Assembly (NCBI GenBank): GCA_027064305.1
Contig: JAMOPY010000009.1
Location: 1 to 41,653, forward strand
Reading direction: 5' to 3'
Source of the DNA: Methanobacteriota archaeon
GTDB taxonomy: Archaea > JAADCQ01 > Methanopyri > Methanopyrales > Methanopyraceae
DNA length: 41,653 nucleotides
Shown here piece by piece: positions 1 through 10,088 of the stretch (positions are counted from its first letter, which is position 1; each line of letters opens with the position of its first letter). Both the position numbers and the translations under genes were made by a program. Below the pieces are notes generated by a model. The model was given only the letters and a program-made list of their open reading frames with translations, was not told the DNA's origin and did not search any database.

Positions 1-888
1 CCAGTGCACCTCGAAAACCGCGGGTCCCTTCGCCCCCTCATCGCGGAAGCAGCGCTGCCGGGCCTCGGACCAGCGCGTTGAGAACTCGGTCAGCAGCTGC
101 TCGTAGTTCGCGCTGCACAGGTTGCACGCGTCCCTCCTTACGTTCACCGTGTGCACCTCGCGCATGGCCCTCAGGCGCTTGAGGCTGCTGACGGTAAGGT
201 TCCAGCTGGCGCCGAGCGCCACCCGCTCGTTCGCGTAGATCTTGCAGTGGATCCCCAGCGTCCCCTTGCGCCCCTCCGCCTCCCGGACCTCGAAGCCCAG
301 GCGGGCCCACCTCCTCAGCACCTCCGGCTTGTTCTCGCCGGCGGCGACGAGGAGGTAGAGCTCCAGGCCCTCCCTCGGCAGCTCCCGTAGGATCTGAACG
401 CCCTCCTCTACCAGGTCGTCCGGGTCGGACACCCACGGGCTGGCCAGGCAGACGAGCTCCCCGGCCTCCTCGATCAGTCGGTCCAGTACCTTCTCCGAGT
501 ACTCGTAGAACCGGAGGCTCTCGTCGTCCTCCTCGCCGCCGAAGATCCGGGCCGAGAGGGCCTTGATCCCCTGCTTCGCCACCTCCGGGAGGGACAGCCG
601 GCTCGACAGCTCCTCCTCGATGTCCTCCCTAACCTCCTCGCCCGAGATGCCCACGGACTGGAGCACGTCCGAGAGCCTGTCGGCCGCATCCCTCACGACC
701 TGACTCGCCGACTGGAACATGTCCTTGATGCCGATCCCTTGGCGACGGGCCTCCCGAGTCAGCTCCCGGACGACCTGCTCGGCCATCTGACGCACGTATC
801 TCCGGGTCGACGGATCGCTCACGTACTTCTCCACTATCATGGAGATGACGGAGCTGAGCGCGTACTCCAACAGGATGTACTGGATCAC
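1..888 (-). CDS. Phospholipase D (PLD)/Nuc-superfamily domain protein, 3' end runs off the window
   Basis: Translated by hand (absent from the ORF track). GTG at 888 follows a GGGGTGA SD, and the frame is open to base 1. Contains LASPWV and [20 protein letters not shown], a variant of the HxK(x4)D(x6)GSxN motif. Confidence 0.7.
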   Translation of the reverse strand, partial: MIQYILLEYALSSVISMIVEKYVSDPSTRRYVRQMAEQVVRELTREARRQGIGIKDMFQSASQVVRDAADRLSDVLQSVGISGEEVREDIEEELSSRLSLPEVAKQGIKALSARIFGGEEDDESLRFYEYSEKVLDRLIEEAGELVCLASPWVSDPDDLVEEGVQILRELPREGLELYLLVAAGENKPEVLRRWARLGFEVREAEGRKGTLGIHCKIYANERVALGASWNLTVSSLKRLRAMREVHTVNVRRDACNLCSANYEQLLTEFSTRWSEARQRCFRDEGAKGPAVFEVHW

Positions 889-932
889 CGCGCTCACCCC
901 GGCGGCGGCGCCCGGCCCGGGAAGGGAGATGG

Positions 933-940
933 TTTTAACG
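933..940. promoter_or_regulatory. TATA-like box (TTTTAACG) between the divergent PLD-like gene and ilvE
   Basis: Only AT-rich patch in an 85-bp GC-rich divergent spacer, about 35 bp before the ilvE start. Confidence 0.55.
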
Positions 941-973
941 TTCGTCCGTCGGCCGGCGGGCGGGGGGACGAGG

Positions 974-1867
974 TTGTCCGAGCGCGAGCAGCTCGTTTAC
1001 CTCAACGGTGAGCTGGTTCCCCGGGAGGAGGCGAAGATCTCCGTCTACGATCATGGGTTCCTGTACGGGGACGGCGTGTTCGAGGGGATCCGGGCGTACG
1101 ACGGGAGGATCTTCAAGCTGGACGAGCACGTGGATCGGCTGTACGACTCGGCGAAGGCGATCATGCTGGACATCCCGATGAGCAAGGAGGAGATGAAGGA
1201 GGCGATCATCGAGACGGTGCGGGCGAACGGGCTGCGGGACGCGTACATCCGGGTGGTCGTGTCCCGGGGCGAGGGGGACCTGGGGCTGGATCCGGAGAAG
1301 TGCCCGGAGCCGACGGTCGTGATCATCGCGGAGCCGATGGAGCCGCTCTACGGGGACCTGTACGAGAAGGGTATCGAGGTGATCACGGCCTCGGTGCGCC
1401 GGATCCCGCCGGACGCGCTGGATCCTAAGATCAAGTCCTGCAACTACCTGAACAACATCCTGGCGAAGATCCAGGCGAACCTGGCGGGCGCGGACGAGGC
1501 GATCATGCTGGACCACGAGGGGTACGTGTGCGAGGGCACGGGCGACAACGTGTTCGTGGTGGAGGACGGCGTGGTCTACACGCCGCCGGAGGACACGATC
1601 CTGCGGGGGATCACGCGGGCGACGGTGATGGAGCTGTGCGAGGAGCTGGGGATCCCGGTGGAGGAGAAGCGGATCACGCTGGGGGAGCTGTACGCGGCGG
1701 ACGAGGTGTTCCTGACGGGAACGGCGGCGGAGGTGGCGCCGGTGCGGAAGGTGGACGGGCGGAGGATCGGGAAGGAGTGCCCGGGTCCGATCACGCGGAG
1801 GATCATGGAGGCGTTTCGGGAGCTGACGCGGCGGGAGGGGACGCCGGTGTACGAGGATGAGGTGTGA
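974..1867 (+). CDS. ilvE: Branched-chain amino acid aminotransferase (PLP fold IV)
   Basis: [25 protein letters not shown] (PLP Lys), EGTGDN, LRGITR and FLTGTAAEV motifs. Start moved to TTG 974 after a G-rich SD. Confidence 0.95.
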   Translation: MSEREQLVYLNGELVPREEAKISVYDHGFLYGDGVFEGIRAYDGRIFKLDEHVDRLYDSAKAIMLDIPMSKEEMKEAIIETVRANGLRDAYIRVVVSRGEGDLGLDPEKCPEPTVVIIAEPMEPLYGDLYEKGIEVITASVRRIPPDALDPKIKSCNYLNNILAKIQANLAGADEAIMLDHEGYVCEGTGDNVFVVEDGVVYTPPEDTILRGITRATVMELCEELGIPVEEKRITLGELYAADEVFLTGTAAEVAPVRKVDGRRIGKECPGPITRRIMEAFRELTRREGTPVYEDEV

Positions 1868-3420
1868 CCCGGGGTGCCCCGTTGTCCCTCCTCCGCCTCG
1901 TCCGGGGCAGCCTGACGGTCCTCGTCGGGTCGCTCGCGCTGCGCCTGGGCGGGTACGTGTACCGGCTGCTGGTCGGCCGGCTGCTGGGGCCGGACGGGTA
2001 CGGGATCGTTTCCTCCACGATGGTCGTGCAGACGATCGTGATGTTCCTGGCCACGTTCGGGGTCCCGCCCGCGATCGCCCGGTACGTGTCCCGGTACCGG
2101 GCGCTGGGTGACGGCGCGCGGGTGCGCCAGTTCATCCGGATCCCCACCGCGACGCTGGTGCTCCTCTCCGCGGCGGCCTCCCTTGCGCTCGCGCTCGCCG
2201 CCCCCTACCTGGCGTGCTGGTACTTCCACAACCCCCGGCTCTACTGGCCGCTCGTGCTCACGGCCGTCGGCCTGCCGTTCGCGGCGTTCGCGTCGTGCGT
2301 TCGCGGCGCGTTCCAGGGCTTCCAGGACATGAAGGGCTACGTGATGACCCAGTTCGTGGAGCAGGGGACCCGGGTGGGCGGCGCGCCGGCCCTGATCCTC
2401 GCCGGGTACGGGCCCGCGGGCGCCGTGTTCGCCTCGGCCGCGCTCGCGTACATGACGTCCGGGGCCTACGGGGCGATCCAGCTGCGCCGGAAGCACCTGC
2501 CCGAGGTACCTCCGGATGGGGATCCGCTCCCCCCGGCCCGGGTCGCCCGGGAGGCGCTGACGTTCGGCCTGCCCGTCGCCCTGACCGGGATCGCCGACAT
2601 GCTGCAGTCCAACGTGGACCTGCTCGCGATCGGCTACTTCCTGGGCACGCTGTGGGTGGGGTTCTACGACGCGGCCGGCCCCATCGCCCGGCTGCCCACG
2701 ACCCTGTGCGCCGCGGTGGCGACGGCCCTACTGCCCGCGGCCTCCGAGGCGGAAGCGCTGCGGGACGAGCGCACGCTGCGGCAGTACGCGCACATCTCAA
2801 TCAAGACCGTGTGGACGCTGCTCGTCCCGATGGCCGCGCTCACGGGCGCGCTGGCGGAGCCCCTGATCGTCCTCTTCTTCGGGACGTCGTTCCGGCCCGG
2901 CGCCCAGGCGCTCTACGTCCTCCCCATGGCCATGGCGTTCATCGTGCTGTTCCGCAACTGCGCGAGCCTGCTGCAGGGGATCGGGAAGGAGCGGCACCCG
3001 CTGCTCATCCTCACCCTCTCGCTGGCGCTGAACGTGGGGTTGAACGCGCTCCTCGTCCCGAGGCTGGGGATCTTCGGGGCGTCCGTCGCCACCGCCGTCT
3101 CCGACTGGGTGGCGATGCTTCTGGTCGTCCGGGCGGTGCTGGTCAGCGCCCCGGTGGAGCTCAAGCTCCGGTGGATGCTGGCGCCGGCGCTCGCGGGATC
3201 GGCCGCCTGGTTGGTCGCCCGCTGGGTCGCGGAGGCGCTCCCATGGGTGCCGCTCAAGCTGCTCGCCGGGTTCTCGGCGGGCGCGCTCGTCTACACGCTG
3301 CTCGTGGTCGCGCTGGGTGGGATCAGCGGGCTGGAGTGGGAGATCCTGGAGCGCGGGGCCGAGCGGATCGGCGCTCCGAGGCTCGTGACGGCGCTGCGTC
3401 GGCTCCAGCTCGTGGGCTAG
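1864..3420 (+). CDS. MOP-superfamily flippase (Wzx/MATE-like polysaccharide exporter)
   Basis: About 14 hydrophobic segments, [22 protein letters not shown] and [18 protein letters not shown] overlap with the ilvE stop. Confidence 0.85.
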   Translation: MTRGAPLSLLRLVRGSLTVLVGSLALRLGGYVYRLLVGRLLGPDGYGIVSSTMVVQTIVMFLATFGVPPAIARYVSRYRALGDGARVRQFIRIPTATLVLLSAAASLALALAAPYLACWYFHNPRLYWPLVLTAVGLPFAAFASCVRGAFQGFQDMKGYVMTQFVEQGTRVGGAPALILAGYGPAGAVFASAALAYMTSGAYGAIQLRRKHLPEVPPDGDPLPPARVAREALTFGLPVALTGIADMLQSNVDLLAIGYFLGTLWVGFYDAAGPIARLPTTLCAAVATALLPAASEAEALRDERTLRQYAHISIKTVWTLLVPMAALTGALAEPLIVLFFGTSFRPGAQALYVLPMAMAFIVLFRNCASLLQGIGKERHPLLILTLSLALNVGLNALLVPRLGIFGASVATAVSDWVAMLLVVRAVLVSAPVELKLRWMLAPALAGSAAWLVARWVAEALPWVPLKLLAGFSAGALVYTLLVVALGGISGLEWEILERGAERIGAPRLVTALRRLQLVG

Positions 3421-3432
3421 GGGGGCGCCGGG

Positions 3433-3879
3433 ATGGGCCTGGCCGCCGCCCTGAGGGCCCTGGCGGCCGAGCGGATGGCTCGGGAGCTACCGCTGACCGA
3501 GGCGGCCGAGCGACTGGGCGTGGACGTGTCCACGGTCTCCCACTACCTCCGGGGGGACTACCCGAGCGAGCGCGCCCGGGACGCGGCGCGCCGGGTGCTG
3601 GAGCGGTCCGCGCCCTTCGGACTGTGGCCGGTGCTCGAGGAGGAGCTGGGCCGGGAGGTGGCGGCCGAGGTGCTCCGGTGGCTCGTGGGGGAGGAGGTGG
3701 AGGGTCGGGTGCGGGTGGATGACGCCCGGTGCGTGTCCTGCGGGAGGTGCCGGGAGGCGTGCCCCTCGCCGGACGCCTGCCTGGGGTGCGCGGAGTGCGT
3801 GCGGGCGTGTCCCACCCGGGCGCGCACGCTGGAGGTTCGTTACCGGGGCGTGCGCTACGAGGTTCGTCGGGAAAGGTAG
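3433..3879 (+). CDS. XRE-type HTH fused to a 2x[4Fe-4S] ferredoxin-like domain
   Basis: LTEAAERLGVDVSTVSHYLRG HTH. Two CxxCxxCxxxCP motifs (CVSCGRCREACP, CLGCAECVRACP). Confidence 0.85.
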   Translation: MGLAAALRALAAERMARELPLTEAAERLGVDVSTVSHYLRGDYPSERARDAARRVLERSAPFGLWPVLEEELGREVAAEVLRWLVGEEVEGRVRVDDARCVSCGRCREACPSPDACLGCAECVRACPTRARTLEVRYRGVRYEVRRER

Positions 3880-4364
3880 CGTTCGGCCAGCTGGATGGCC
3901 CGTTCCGCCGCCCGGGGTACGGCGCGGCGCACGGGTCGGGACATCCCGGGTCGGACCTCGGGGATCGGCAGCTCCTTCACCTGGCACCCGATGATCCGGA
4001 AGTCCACCCCCGCGCGCTCGCGCAGCTCGAGCAGGGCCCCCTCGACGCTCCACCCGTGCGCGTCGACCGGGATGATGCGGGCGTCGGGGCTGAGGTCCTC
4101 GGGCCCGAACTCCAGGAGCGTCCCCGGCTCCTCCCCCACGTCCACGGCGTCCACGACGACGATGAACTCCACCCGTGACTCCTCGTCGATCAGCGAGAAC
4201 ACGTTCTGTGGGGCGCCGGAGCCCGCGTCGATTACCTCCGCGTCCGGGTGCGACCAGCCCCTGCGCTCTATCTCCCGGACGACGGCCGGCCCGAACCCGT
4301 CGTCCCCGAACAGCTCGTTCCCGCACCCCACGATCAGCACCCGCTTCTCGAGGAAGCTCAGCAT
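3855..4364 (-). CDS. frhD: Hydrogenase maturation endopeptidase (FrhD/HycI family)
   Basis: IVGCGNELFGDDGFGPAV, VIDAG, VVDAVD and DAH motifs. Confidence 0.85.
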   Translation of the reverse strand: MLSFLEKRVLIVGCGNELFGDDGFGPAVVREIERRGWSHPDAEVIDAGSGAPQNVFSLIDEESRVEFIVVVDAVDVGEEPGTLLEFGPEDLSPDARIIPVDAHGWSVEGALLELRERAGVDFRIIGCQVKELPIPEVRPGMSRPVRRAVPRAAERAIQLAERYLSRRTS

Positions 4365-4370
4365 CGCCCG

Positions 4371-5463
4371 CTACCCCGTCCTCGCGAGTAGGTTTAGGAG
4401 CGCGAGCCGGAGCAGCGCCTCCAGGGGCCGGCACAGCGACTCGAGAAGCCACTTAACGTCCTCCCTCGGGATTGAGGTTCCGAGGAACCGCTCGACCGAG
4501 TTCACGACCGCCAGGAGCGCGTCGCGGGAGAGGGACCGGAGCTCGGCGGACAGCCAGTCCGCCAGGAACCCGTAGGTGCCGTCGGCGCGGACGCGCTCCC
4601 GACGGGCCAGCGCGCTCGGGTCGATCCGGTCCGGGTACAGGAGTGTGAAGGCCCGCTTGAGACCGTCGTTCATCAGGCGCACCCCCTCCTCGACGAGCGT
4701 TCGCGCGGCCGGTGACAGCCGGAACTCCCAGAGCCGGTTCAGCGCGGCGCGGAGGGCGGTGAACAGCAGGTTCAGGTACGGGGTGAGGGAGGCCACCACG
4801 TCCCGGCCCAGCCGGGACTCCAGCGTCCGTCGGGCGTAGGAGGTCACGAGGTCGACGACCCGGGGCCAGATCTCCCTGTCGCACGTCCTCAGGACCCTTC
4901 GAGCCACCTCCTCGGGCCGCGGCAGGAGCCGTTCGAACGCCGAAACCGCCAGCGCCCGGTCCGGGACGTAGGTGACGCGCACGGTCGTCCCGTCCCCGAG
5001 GAGCGTCATCCACGCCACCCGGAGCTGGGAGGTGATGCCCGAGCTCGAGGCCGTGATCCCGGCGAGCGCGGGCACGAGCCGGACCTCCCGGTGCACCGGT
5101 AGGTGGAGGAGCGCCTCCGTGAGGTGCCGGTCGAGATCCAGCGGCGGGAGGACCAGGGGCAGCGGCCCGGAACGGTGCTCAAGCCTCCGGCCGTTGGGGG
5201 TCTCGATGAGGACCAGGTCCCGGGTCCCGGTGATCCGGCCCACGAACACTCCGTCGGCGCGGTACCCGACGGCGGTCATCCCGGTGGGTTGGATCGGGGG
5301 CTGACCGTAAGACGATCCGGTAGGCACCTTCACCTCGACCGTGGCGGGCGTGAGCGTCGTCCCGTCGAACCTGGCCAGCACGTGGTCCGGGTGCACGCGC
5401 ACGAGCTGGGACGCGACGGGCGCGGGTGAGGATAGCGTGAGGAGGAGCGAGGTGAGGAGGATC
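4371..5463 (-). CDS. Lineage-specific hypothetical protein, start uncertain
   Basis: Long open frame filling the gap between frhD and rnp4, stop 6 bp before the frhD start. The listed start (5615) lies inside rnp4, so the real start is probably near 5400-5463. Confidence 0.6.
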
Positions 5464-5802
5464 GCGCTGGAGCGGGTGGAGCGGCTGCTGAGGCTGGCCA
5501 GGGAGGCGTATCGGGAGGATCCGGACCGTGCGCGGCGGTACGTGCGGTTGGCGAGGCGGATCGCGATGAAGGCGCGGGTGAGGCTGCCGAGGCACCTCAA
5601 GCGGAGCTTCTGCAAGCGGTGTTACACCCCGCTGATCCCCGGGGTTACCGCTCGGGTCCGGCTGCGGCAGAACCGAATGCCGCACGTATCGGTCACGTGC
5701 CTGGAGTGTGGGTACATATACAGGTACCCGTACCTGAGGGAGGTGAAGGAGCGGCGTCGCCGGCGCGCGGAGCGTCGGAAGGGGGTGGGCTCGGATGGTT
5801 AA
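5437..5802 (+). CDS. rnp4: Ribonuclease P protein component 4 (Rpp21)
   Basis: IALERVERL, ARRYVRLARRIAMK and the Zn ribbon CKRC...CLECG...RYPY. GTG 5437 follows GGTGAGG. Confidence 0.93.
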   Translation: MRRSEVRRIALERVERLLRLAREAYREDPDRARRYVRLARRIAMKARVRLPRHLKRSFCKRCYTPLIPGVTARVRLRQNRMPHVSVTCLECGYIYRYPYLREVKERRRRRAERRKGVGSDG

Positions 5803-6127
5803 GTACCCGGCCGACGTCAAGCGGCTGCCCGGGAAGGAGCGTCGCCGCCTGCGGGCCCGGGGCGTGATGCTGGAGCCGGTGGTGCGGATCGGGAAGCGCG
5901 GGCTCACGTCGGGCGTGATCGAGGAGGTGGACCGGCAGCTGGAGGAGCGGGAGCTGGTCAAGGTGCGGTTCGAGCGGAACGTCCTGCGCCGGTACGATCG
6001 CAAGGAGTTGGCGGCGGAGCTCGCCCGGAAGGTGAACGCGGAGCTGGTCGACGTGCGGGGTCGCACGGCCGTCCTGTTCCGGCCCCGACAGGGCTGGAAG
6101 CGCTACCTGGAGCGCTTCTCCCGGTAA
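5795..6127 (+). CDS. YhbY/CRM-domain RNA-binding protein
   Basis: [20 protein letters not shown] and [10 protein letters not shown]. Usual position between rnp4 and rps19e. Confidence 0.92.
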   Translation: MVKYPADVKRLPGKERRRLRARGVMLEPVVRIGKRGLTSGVIEEVDRQLEERELVKVRFERNVLRRYDRKELAAELARKVNAELVDVRGRTAVLFRPRQGWKRYLERFSR

Positions 6128-6138
6128 ACCAATTAACG
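6126..6138 (+). promoter_or_regulatory. BRE/TATA-like promoter (AAACCAATTAACG) for the rps19e operon
   Basis: AT-rich element about 35 bp upstream of the rps19e GTG, resembling AAACCTTTAACG before guaB. Confidence 0.55.
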
Positions 6139-6170
6139 CGGGCGGGCCCGCCGAGGCGGGGGGCTGGCGC

Positions 6171-6626
6171 GTGCCGGTGTACGACGCGTTCTCGGTCCCG
6201 GGGCACGAGCTCGTGGAGCGGCTCGCGGAGCGGCTGAAGGAGTTCGACGAGATCGAGCCGCCGGAGTGGGCTAAGTACGTGAAGACCGGGCGTCACAAGG
6301 AGCGACCGCCGGAGGACCCGGACTGGTGGTACGTGAGGGCCGCCTCCGTGCTGCGCCGGCTCTACATCGACGGGCCGGTGGGCGTCGAGCGACTGCGCAC
6401 GTACTACGGGGGCCGTCAGGACCGGGGCGCCCGCCCGGAGCGGTTCCGCAAGGGCAGCGGTGCGATCATCCGCAGGATCCTGCAGCAGCTGGAGGAGGCG
6501 GGGCTGGTGGAGAAGACGGACGAGGGTCGGGTGCTCACGCCGGAGGGGCGCTCCCTGGTGGACGAGACGGCGCACGAGATCGCCAAGGAAAAGGGGTACA
6601 CGGATAAGTTCCAGTCCCCGGTGTAG
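6171..6626 (+). CDS. rps19e: 30S ribosomal protein S19e
   Basis: [21 protein letters not shown] and [14 protein letters not shown]. Confidence 0.97.
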   Translation: MPVYDAFSVPGHELVERLAERLKEFDEIEPPEWAKYVKTGRHKERPPEDPDWWYVRAASVLRRLYIDGPVGVERLRTYYGGRQDRGARPERFRKGSGAIIRRILQQLEEAGLVEKTDEGRVLTPEGRSLVDETAHEIAKEKGYTDKFQSPV

Positions 6627-6641
6627 CCGGGGCGTACCACC

Positions 6642-7004
6642 ATGACGGACCCCGAGCTGGAGCGGCTTCGAAGGAAGAGGATGCTCGAGCTGCAGCGCCG
6701 GGCCCAGGCTCAGCAGGCCCGGGAGGGGGCGGAGGAGCGTAAGGAGGAGGAGCGACGCGCGCTGGAGGAGGCGCAGCGCCGGGCGCTCCTGCGCAAGATC
6801 CTGACCCCGGAGGCCCGGGAGCGGCTGGCCCGCGTGCGCCTGGCCCGGCCGCAGCTGGCGCAGGCCGTGGAGAACTATCTGATCCAGCTGGCGCAGTCCG
6901 GCCGGTTGAACGGTCGGGTGGACGAGGATCAGCTGAAGAGGCTCCTGAAGCAGGTCTCGGAGGCGACGAGGAAGGATTTCAAGATCCGAATCGAGCGGAA
7001 GTAG
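6642..7004 (+). CDS. PDCD5/TFAR19-family DNA-binding protein
   Basis: [24 protein letters not shown] and [12 protein letters not shown]. Confidence 0.93.
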   Translation: MTDPELERLRRKRMLELQRRAQAQQAREGAEERKEEERRALEEAQRRALLRKILTPEARERLARVRLARPQLAQAVENYLIQLAQSGRLNGRVDEDQLKRLLKQVSEATRKDFKIRIERK

Positions 7005-7015
7005 GGGGCTCCGAA

Positions 7016-7171
7016 ATGGCGAAGGCCAAGCCCCTGGGTAAGAAGCTGAGGATGGGTCGGGCCATCAAGCAGAACCGCCGGGTACCCCCGTGGGTGATCG
7101 CAAAGACGGGCGGTCGGAGCGTTGAGAACCCGAAGCAGCGGCACTGGAGGAGGAGCAAGCTGAAGCCGTAA
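7016..7171 (+). CDS. rpl39e: 50S ribosomal protein L39e (51 aa, not in the ORF track)
   Basis: Hand translation [51 protein letters not shown], directly before rpl31e. Confidence 0.96.
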   Translation: MAKAKPLGKKLRMGRAIKQNRRVPPWVIAKTGGRSVENPKQRHWRRSKLKP

Positions 7172-7185
7172 GGGGGTGACCGAAC

Positions 7186-7452
7186 GTGGCGGAGGGCGAG
7201 GTGGTGGAGGAGCGCGTTTACACGGTTCCGCTGCGGGACGCCAAGAAGGCGCCCCTGAAGAAGCGGGCCCCCAAGGCGATCAAGGTCCTCCGGCAGTTCA
7301 TCGAGCGGCACATGAAGGCGGAGGAGGTGAAGATCGGGAACGACGTGAACGAGCGGATCTGGGAGCGGGGGATCAAGAAGCCGCCCTCCCGGGTGAGGGT
7401 CCGCGCGGTGAAGTACGAGGACGGAACCGTCGAGGTCAGGCTGGCGGAGTGA
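7186..7452 (+). CDS. rpl31e: 50S ribosomal protein L31e
   Basis: ERVYTVPLR, RAPKAIK and VNERIWERGIKKPP. Confidence 0.97.
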   Translation: MAEGEVVEERVYTVPLRDAKKAPLKKRAPKAIKVLRQFIERHMKAEEVKIGNDVNERIWERGIKKPPSRVRVRAVKYEDGTVEVRLAE

Positions 7453-7454
7453 CG

Positions 7455-8120
7455 ATGACCGTCGTCAAGGCCTCGATCCGCGGGGACCCGAACGTCGGGG
7501 CCTGGATCGCCGCGTCGGAGGAGTTCGCGGTGGTCGCCCCCCGGGTCCCGGACGACGTGGTGCGAGACCTGGAGGAGGCGCTGGACGTCGAGGTGGTAAA
7601 GACCACCGTCGCGGGGAGCCAGCTCGTCGGCGCCCTGCTGGCCGTCAACTCCCACGGCGCCCTGTTCCCGCGGCACGCCGACGATCGGGAGATCCAGGCG
7701 GTCGCCGAGCTGGGCGTGGAGGTGGACGTCCTCCCCTCCAAGATGAACGCGGTGGGTAACCTGGTGCTGGCGAACGACCGGGGTGCCCTGGTTCACCCCG
7801 ACCTGAACGATCACGCGCTCGAGGTCGTGGAGTCCGTGCTGGGCTGCCGCGCGGAGCGGGCGGAGATCGGCGGCGTGAAGACGGTCGGGTCCGCCGGCGT
7901 GGCGAACTCGAAGGGCGCCCTGATTCACCCGGGCGCGACGGAAGAGGAGCTGGACCTCGTGTCCAAAGTCCTAAAGGTGGAGGCCGAGGTTGGGACCGTC
8001 AACAAGGGTTCCCCCTACATCGGGGCCGGGCTGGTGGTAAACTCCAAGGGCGCCCTCGTGGGCGAGGAGACGACCGGACCCGAGCTCGCCCGCATCGAGG
8101 ACGCGCTCCACCTGATCTGA
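7455..8120 (+). CDS. eif6: Translation initiation factor 6 (aIF6)
   Basis: [36 protein letters not shown] and GEETTGPEL. Start ATG 7455. Confidence 0.96.
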   Translation: MTVVKASIRGDPNVGAWIAASEEFAVVAPRVPDDVVRDLEEALDVEVVKTTVAGSQLVGALLAVNSHGALFPRHADDREIQAVAELGVEVDVLPSKMNAVGNLVLANDRGALVHPDLNDHALEVVESVLGCRAERAEIGGVKTVGSAGVANSKGALIHPGATEEELDLVSKVLKVEAEVGTVNKGSPYIGAGLVVNSKGALVGEETTGPELARIEDALHLI

Positions 8121-8136
8121 CCGGGGGTGCCGCCCC

Positions 8137-8391
8137 GTGTCGGAGGAGGGTCCCGAGGTGAAGGTGTTCGAGGTTCGAGGCACGTTTCGGATGGGTGACG
8201 AGCCCCGGCAGCCCTTCCGAAAGCAGGTCACGGCCACCCGGGAGGAGGAGGCGCTGGAGAAGGTCTACTCCGAGCTGGGTAGCGAGCACCGGGTCTCCCG
8301 GACGGAGATCCGGATCGAAGAGATCAAAGAGATCGACCCCGAGGACGTCGAGGACCCGGTGCTCAGGCGCCTCTTAGGGGTGGAGGAGTGA
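8137..8391 (+). CDS. rpl18a: 50S ribosomal protein L18Ae/LX
   Basis: KVFEVRG, FRKQV and [13 protein letters not shown]. Lies between eif6 and pfdA. Confidence 0.93.
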   Translation: MSEEGPEVKVFEVRGTFRMGDEPRQPFRKQVTATREEEALEKVYSELGSEHRVSRTEIRIEEIKEIDPEDVEDPVLRRLLGVEE

Positions 8392-8900
8392 TGGCGGAGA
8401 AGAAGGGGAAGGAGAAGGACCGGGAGAAGCTGCAGCGCTTGATAGCCGAGATCCAGCAGCTGCAGGGTCAGGCGGAGGCGATCAACGCGCAGCTCGATCT
8501 GATTGACACCTCCATCGAGGAGCTGAACCGGGTGGAGGAGACGCTTAAGGGCGTGCAGGAACTGAAAGGGGAGGAGGAGGTGCTGGTGCCCGTCGGCGCC
8601 CAGTCGTTCGTGAAGGCGACGATCACGGACACGGACCGCGTCATCGTGGGCATCGGAGCGGGCGTGGCGGTGGAACGCACGATCGACGAGGCCCTGGAGT
8701 CCATCGACAACCGGCGTCAGGAGCTGGAGAAGGCCCGCTCGGAGGCGCAGAAGCGACTGCAGGAGATCTCGCAGAAGCTGCAGGAGAAGCAGCGTGAGGC
8801 GCAGCAGCTGGCCGAGAAGCTGGGGCTCACCCAGCAGGCTCAGCAGGCCCAGCAGGCCGCCCAGCAGCGGCAGTCGGGTGGTCCCTCCGGCGGCTCCTAA
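8391..8900 (+). CDS. pfdA: Prefoldin alpha subunit with Gln-rich tail
   Basis: Coiled coils flanking EVLVPVGAQSFV...VIVGIGAGVAVE. Confidence 0.95.
   Translation: MAEKKGKEKDREKLQRLIAEIQQLQGQAEAINAQLDLIDTSIEELNRVEETLKGVQELKGEEEVLVPVGAQSFVKATITDTDRVIVGIGAGVAVERTIDEALESIDNRRQELEKARSEAQKRLQEISQKLQEKQREAQQLAEKLGLTQQAQQAQQAAQQRQSGGPSGGS
8832..8867 (+). repeat. Short tandem repeat (CAGCAGGCY)x3 plus a partial copy, encoding QQA repeats
   Basis: cagcaggct cagcaggcc cagcaggcc gcc cagcag. Confidence 0.7.
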
Positions 8901-8924
8901 CCCCTTCCCGGGGGTCCCCTGCCC

Positions 8925-10088
8925 TTGTTCGGCAAGATGAAGAAGCTGCTGGGCAGCGTGAAGGAGAGGGTCACGAAGCGCGTGGAGCGGCGGGCCGAGG
9001 AGGAGTCCCCGAGCCCGGGAAAAGTTAAGGAGACTGAAACGATTGAAGCAGGGGAAAAGACCGAGCCGGAGGAGGGGAAGGGGAAGAAGGACGAGGAGAG
9101 TGTTAAGGAGGAGAGGAAAGAGAGGATGGAGAGCGCTGAGGGAGAGGAGGGGAAGGAGACCGAGGGGAAGAGGCTGAAGAAACCGTCACTGAAGGAGAGG
9201 CTGAAGCGGGTGATCAAACGTGAGGTCACGATCACGGAGAAGGACGTGAAGGATATCCTGGAGGAGTTTGAGCTGAACCTGATAAGCAACGACGTGGCGG
9301 TGGAGGTGGCGGAGAGTATCAGGAAGGAGCTGGAGCGGGAGCTGATCGGCAGAAAGGTCAAGGGCAAGTCGGAGGTCCAGAAGGTGGTGGAGCGGAGCCT
9401 CCAGCGGGCCCTGCTCTCCGTGCTCGAGCCGGAGCGGGAGGTGGACCTGTTCGAGGTCATCGAGGAGGCCCGGGAGGAGGGCCGACCCGCCGTCATCATG
9501 TTCGTGGGCGTGAACGGGAGCGGTAAGACCACGACCATCGCCAAGGTGGCCAAGCTGCTCAAGGATCGCGGGTACTCCGTGGTCATCGCCGCGGCGGACA
9601 CGTTCCGGGCCGCCGCGATCGAGCAGCTGGAGGAGCACGCCGAGCGGCTCGGGGTCACGCTGATCAAGGGGGAGAAGGGCGACGACCCGGCGGCGGTCGC
9701 GTTCAACGCGGTCCAGCACGCGGAGGCGAAGGGCAAGGACGTCGTGCTGGTGGACACGGCCGGCCGGGCCTACACGGACGTGAACCTGATGGAGGAGCTC
9801 CGCAAGATGAAGCGCGTGCTCGAGCCGGACCTGGTGATCTTCGTGGGGGACGCGCTCGCGGGCAACGACGCCGTGGAGCAGGCCCGGACGTTCGACGAGT
9901 ACGTGGGGATCGATGGGGCCATCCTGACCAAGGTGGACGCGGATGCGAAGGGCGGGGCGGTCCTGTCCATCACGAAGGTGACCGGTGCCCCCATCCTGTA
10001 TCTGGGCGTCGGTCAGGGCTACGATGACTTGAAGGAGTTTCAACCGGAGTGGTTCGTCGAGCGCGTCGTGGGGGCTGAGTCGTCGTGA
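8925..10088 (+). CDS. ftsY: SRP receptor FtsY
   Basis: Charged N-terminus, then GVNGSGKTTTIAK, DTFRAAA, DTAGR, TKVDADAKGG and GVGQ. Confidence 0.97.
   Translation: MFGKMKKLLGSVKERVTKRVERRAEEESPSPGKVKETETIEAGEKTEPEEGKGKKDEESVKEERKERMESAEGEEGKETEGKRLKKPSLKERLKRVIKREVTITEKDVKDILEEFELNLISNDVAVEVAESIRKELERELIGRKVKGKSEVQKVVERSLQRALLSVLEPEREVDLFEVIEEAREEGRPAVIMFVGVNGSGKTTTIAKVAKLLKDRGYSVVIAAADTFRAAAIEQLEEHAERLGVTLIKGEKGDDPAAVAFNAVQHAEAKGKDVVLVDTAGRAYTDVNLMEELRKMKRVLEPDLVIFVGDALAGNDAVEQARTFDEYVGIDGAILTKVDADAKGGAVLSITKVTGAPILYLGVGQGYDDLKEFQPEWFVERVVGAESS

Noticed and set aside
910-932. CCCGGCCCGGGAAGGGAG resembles SRP RNA helix 8
   Set aside because: Lacks the CAGG/AGCA internal loop, and the 85-bp spacer cannot hold an SRP RNA. 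Treated as chance.
7176-7454. Extended eIF6 N-terminus in the ORF track
   Set aside because: Overlaps rpl31e in another frame. Homology starts at ATG 7455.
9000-9330. Purine-rich, lower-GC segment in ftsY as possible foreign DNA
   Set aside because: Explained by the Glu/Lys-rich N-terminal domain typical of FtsY.
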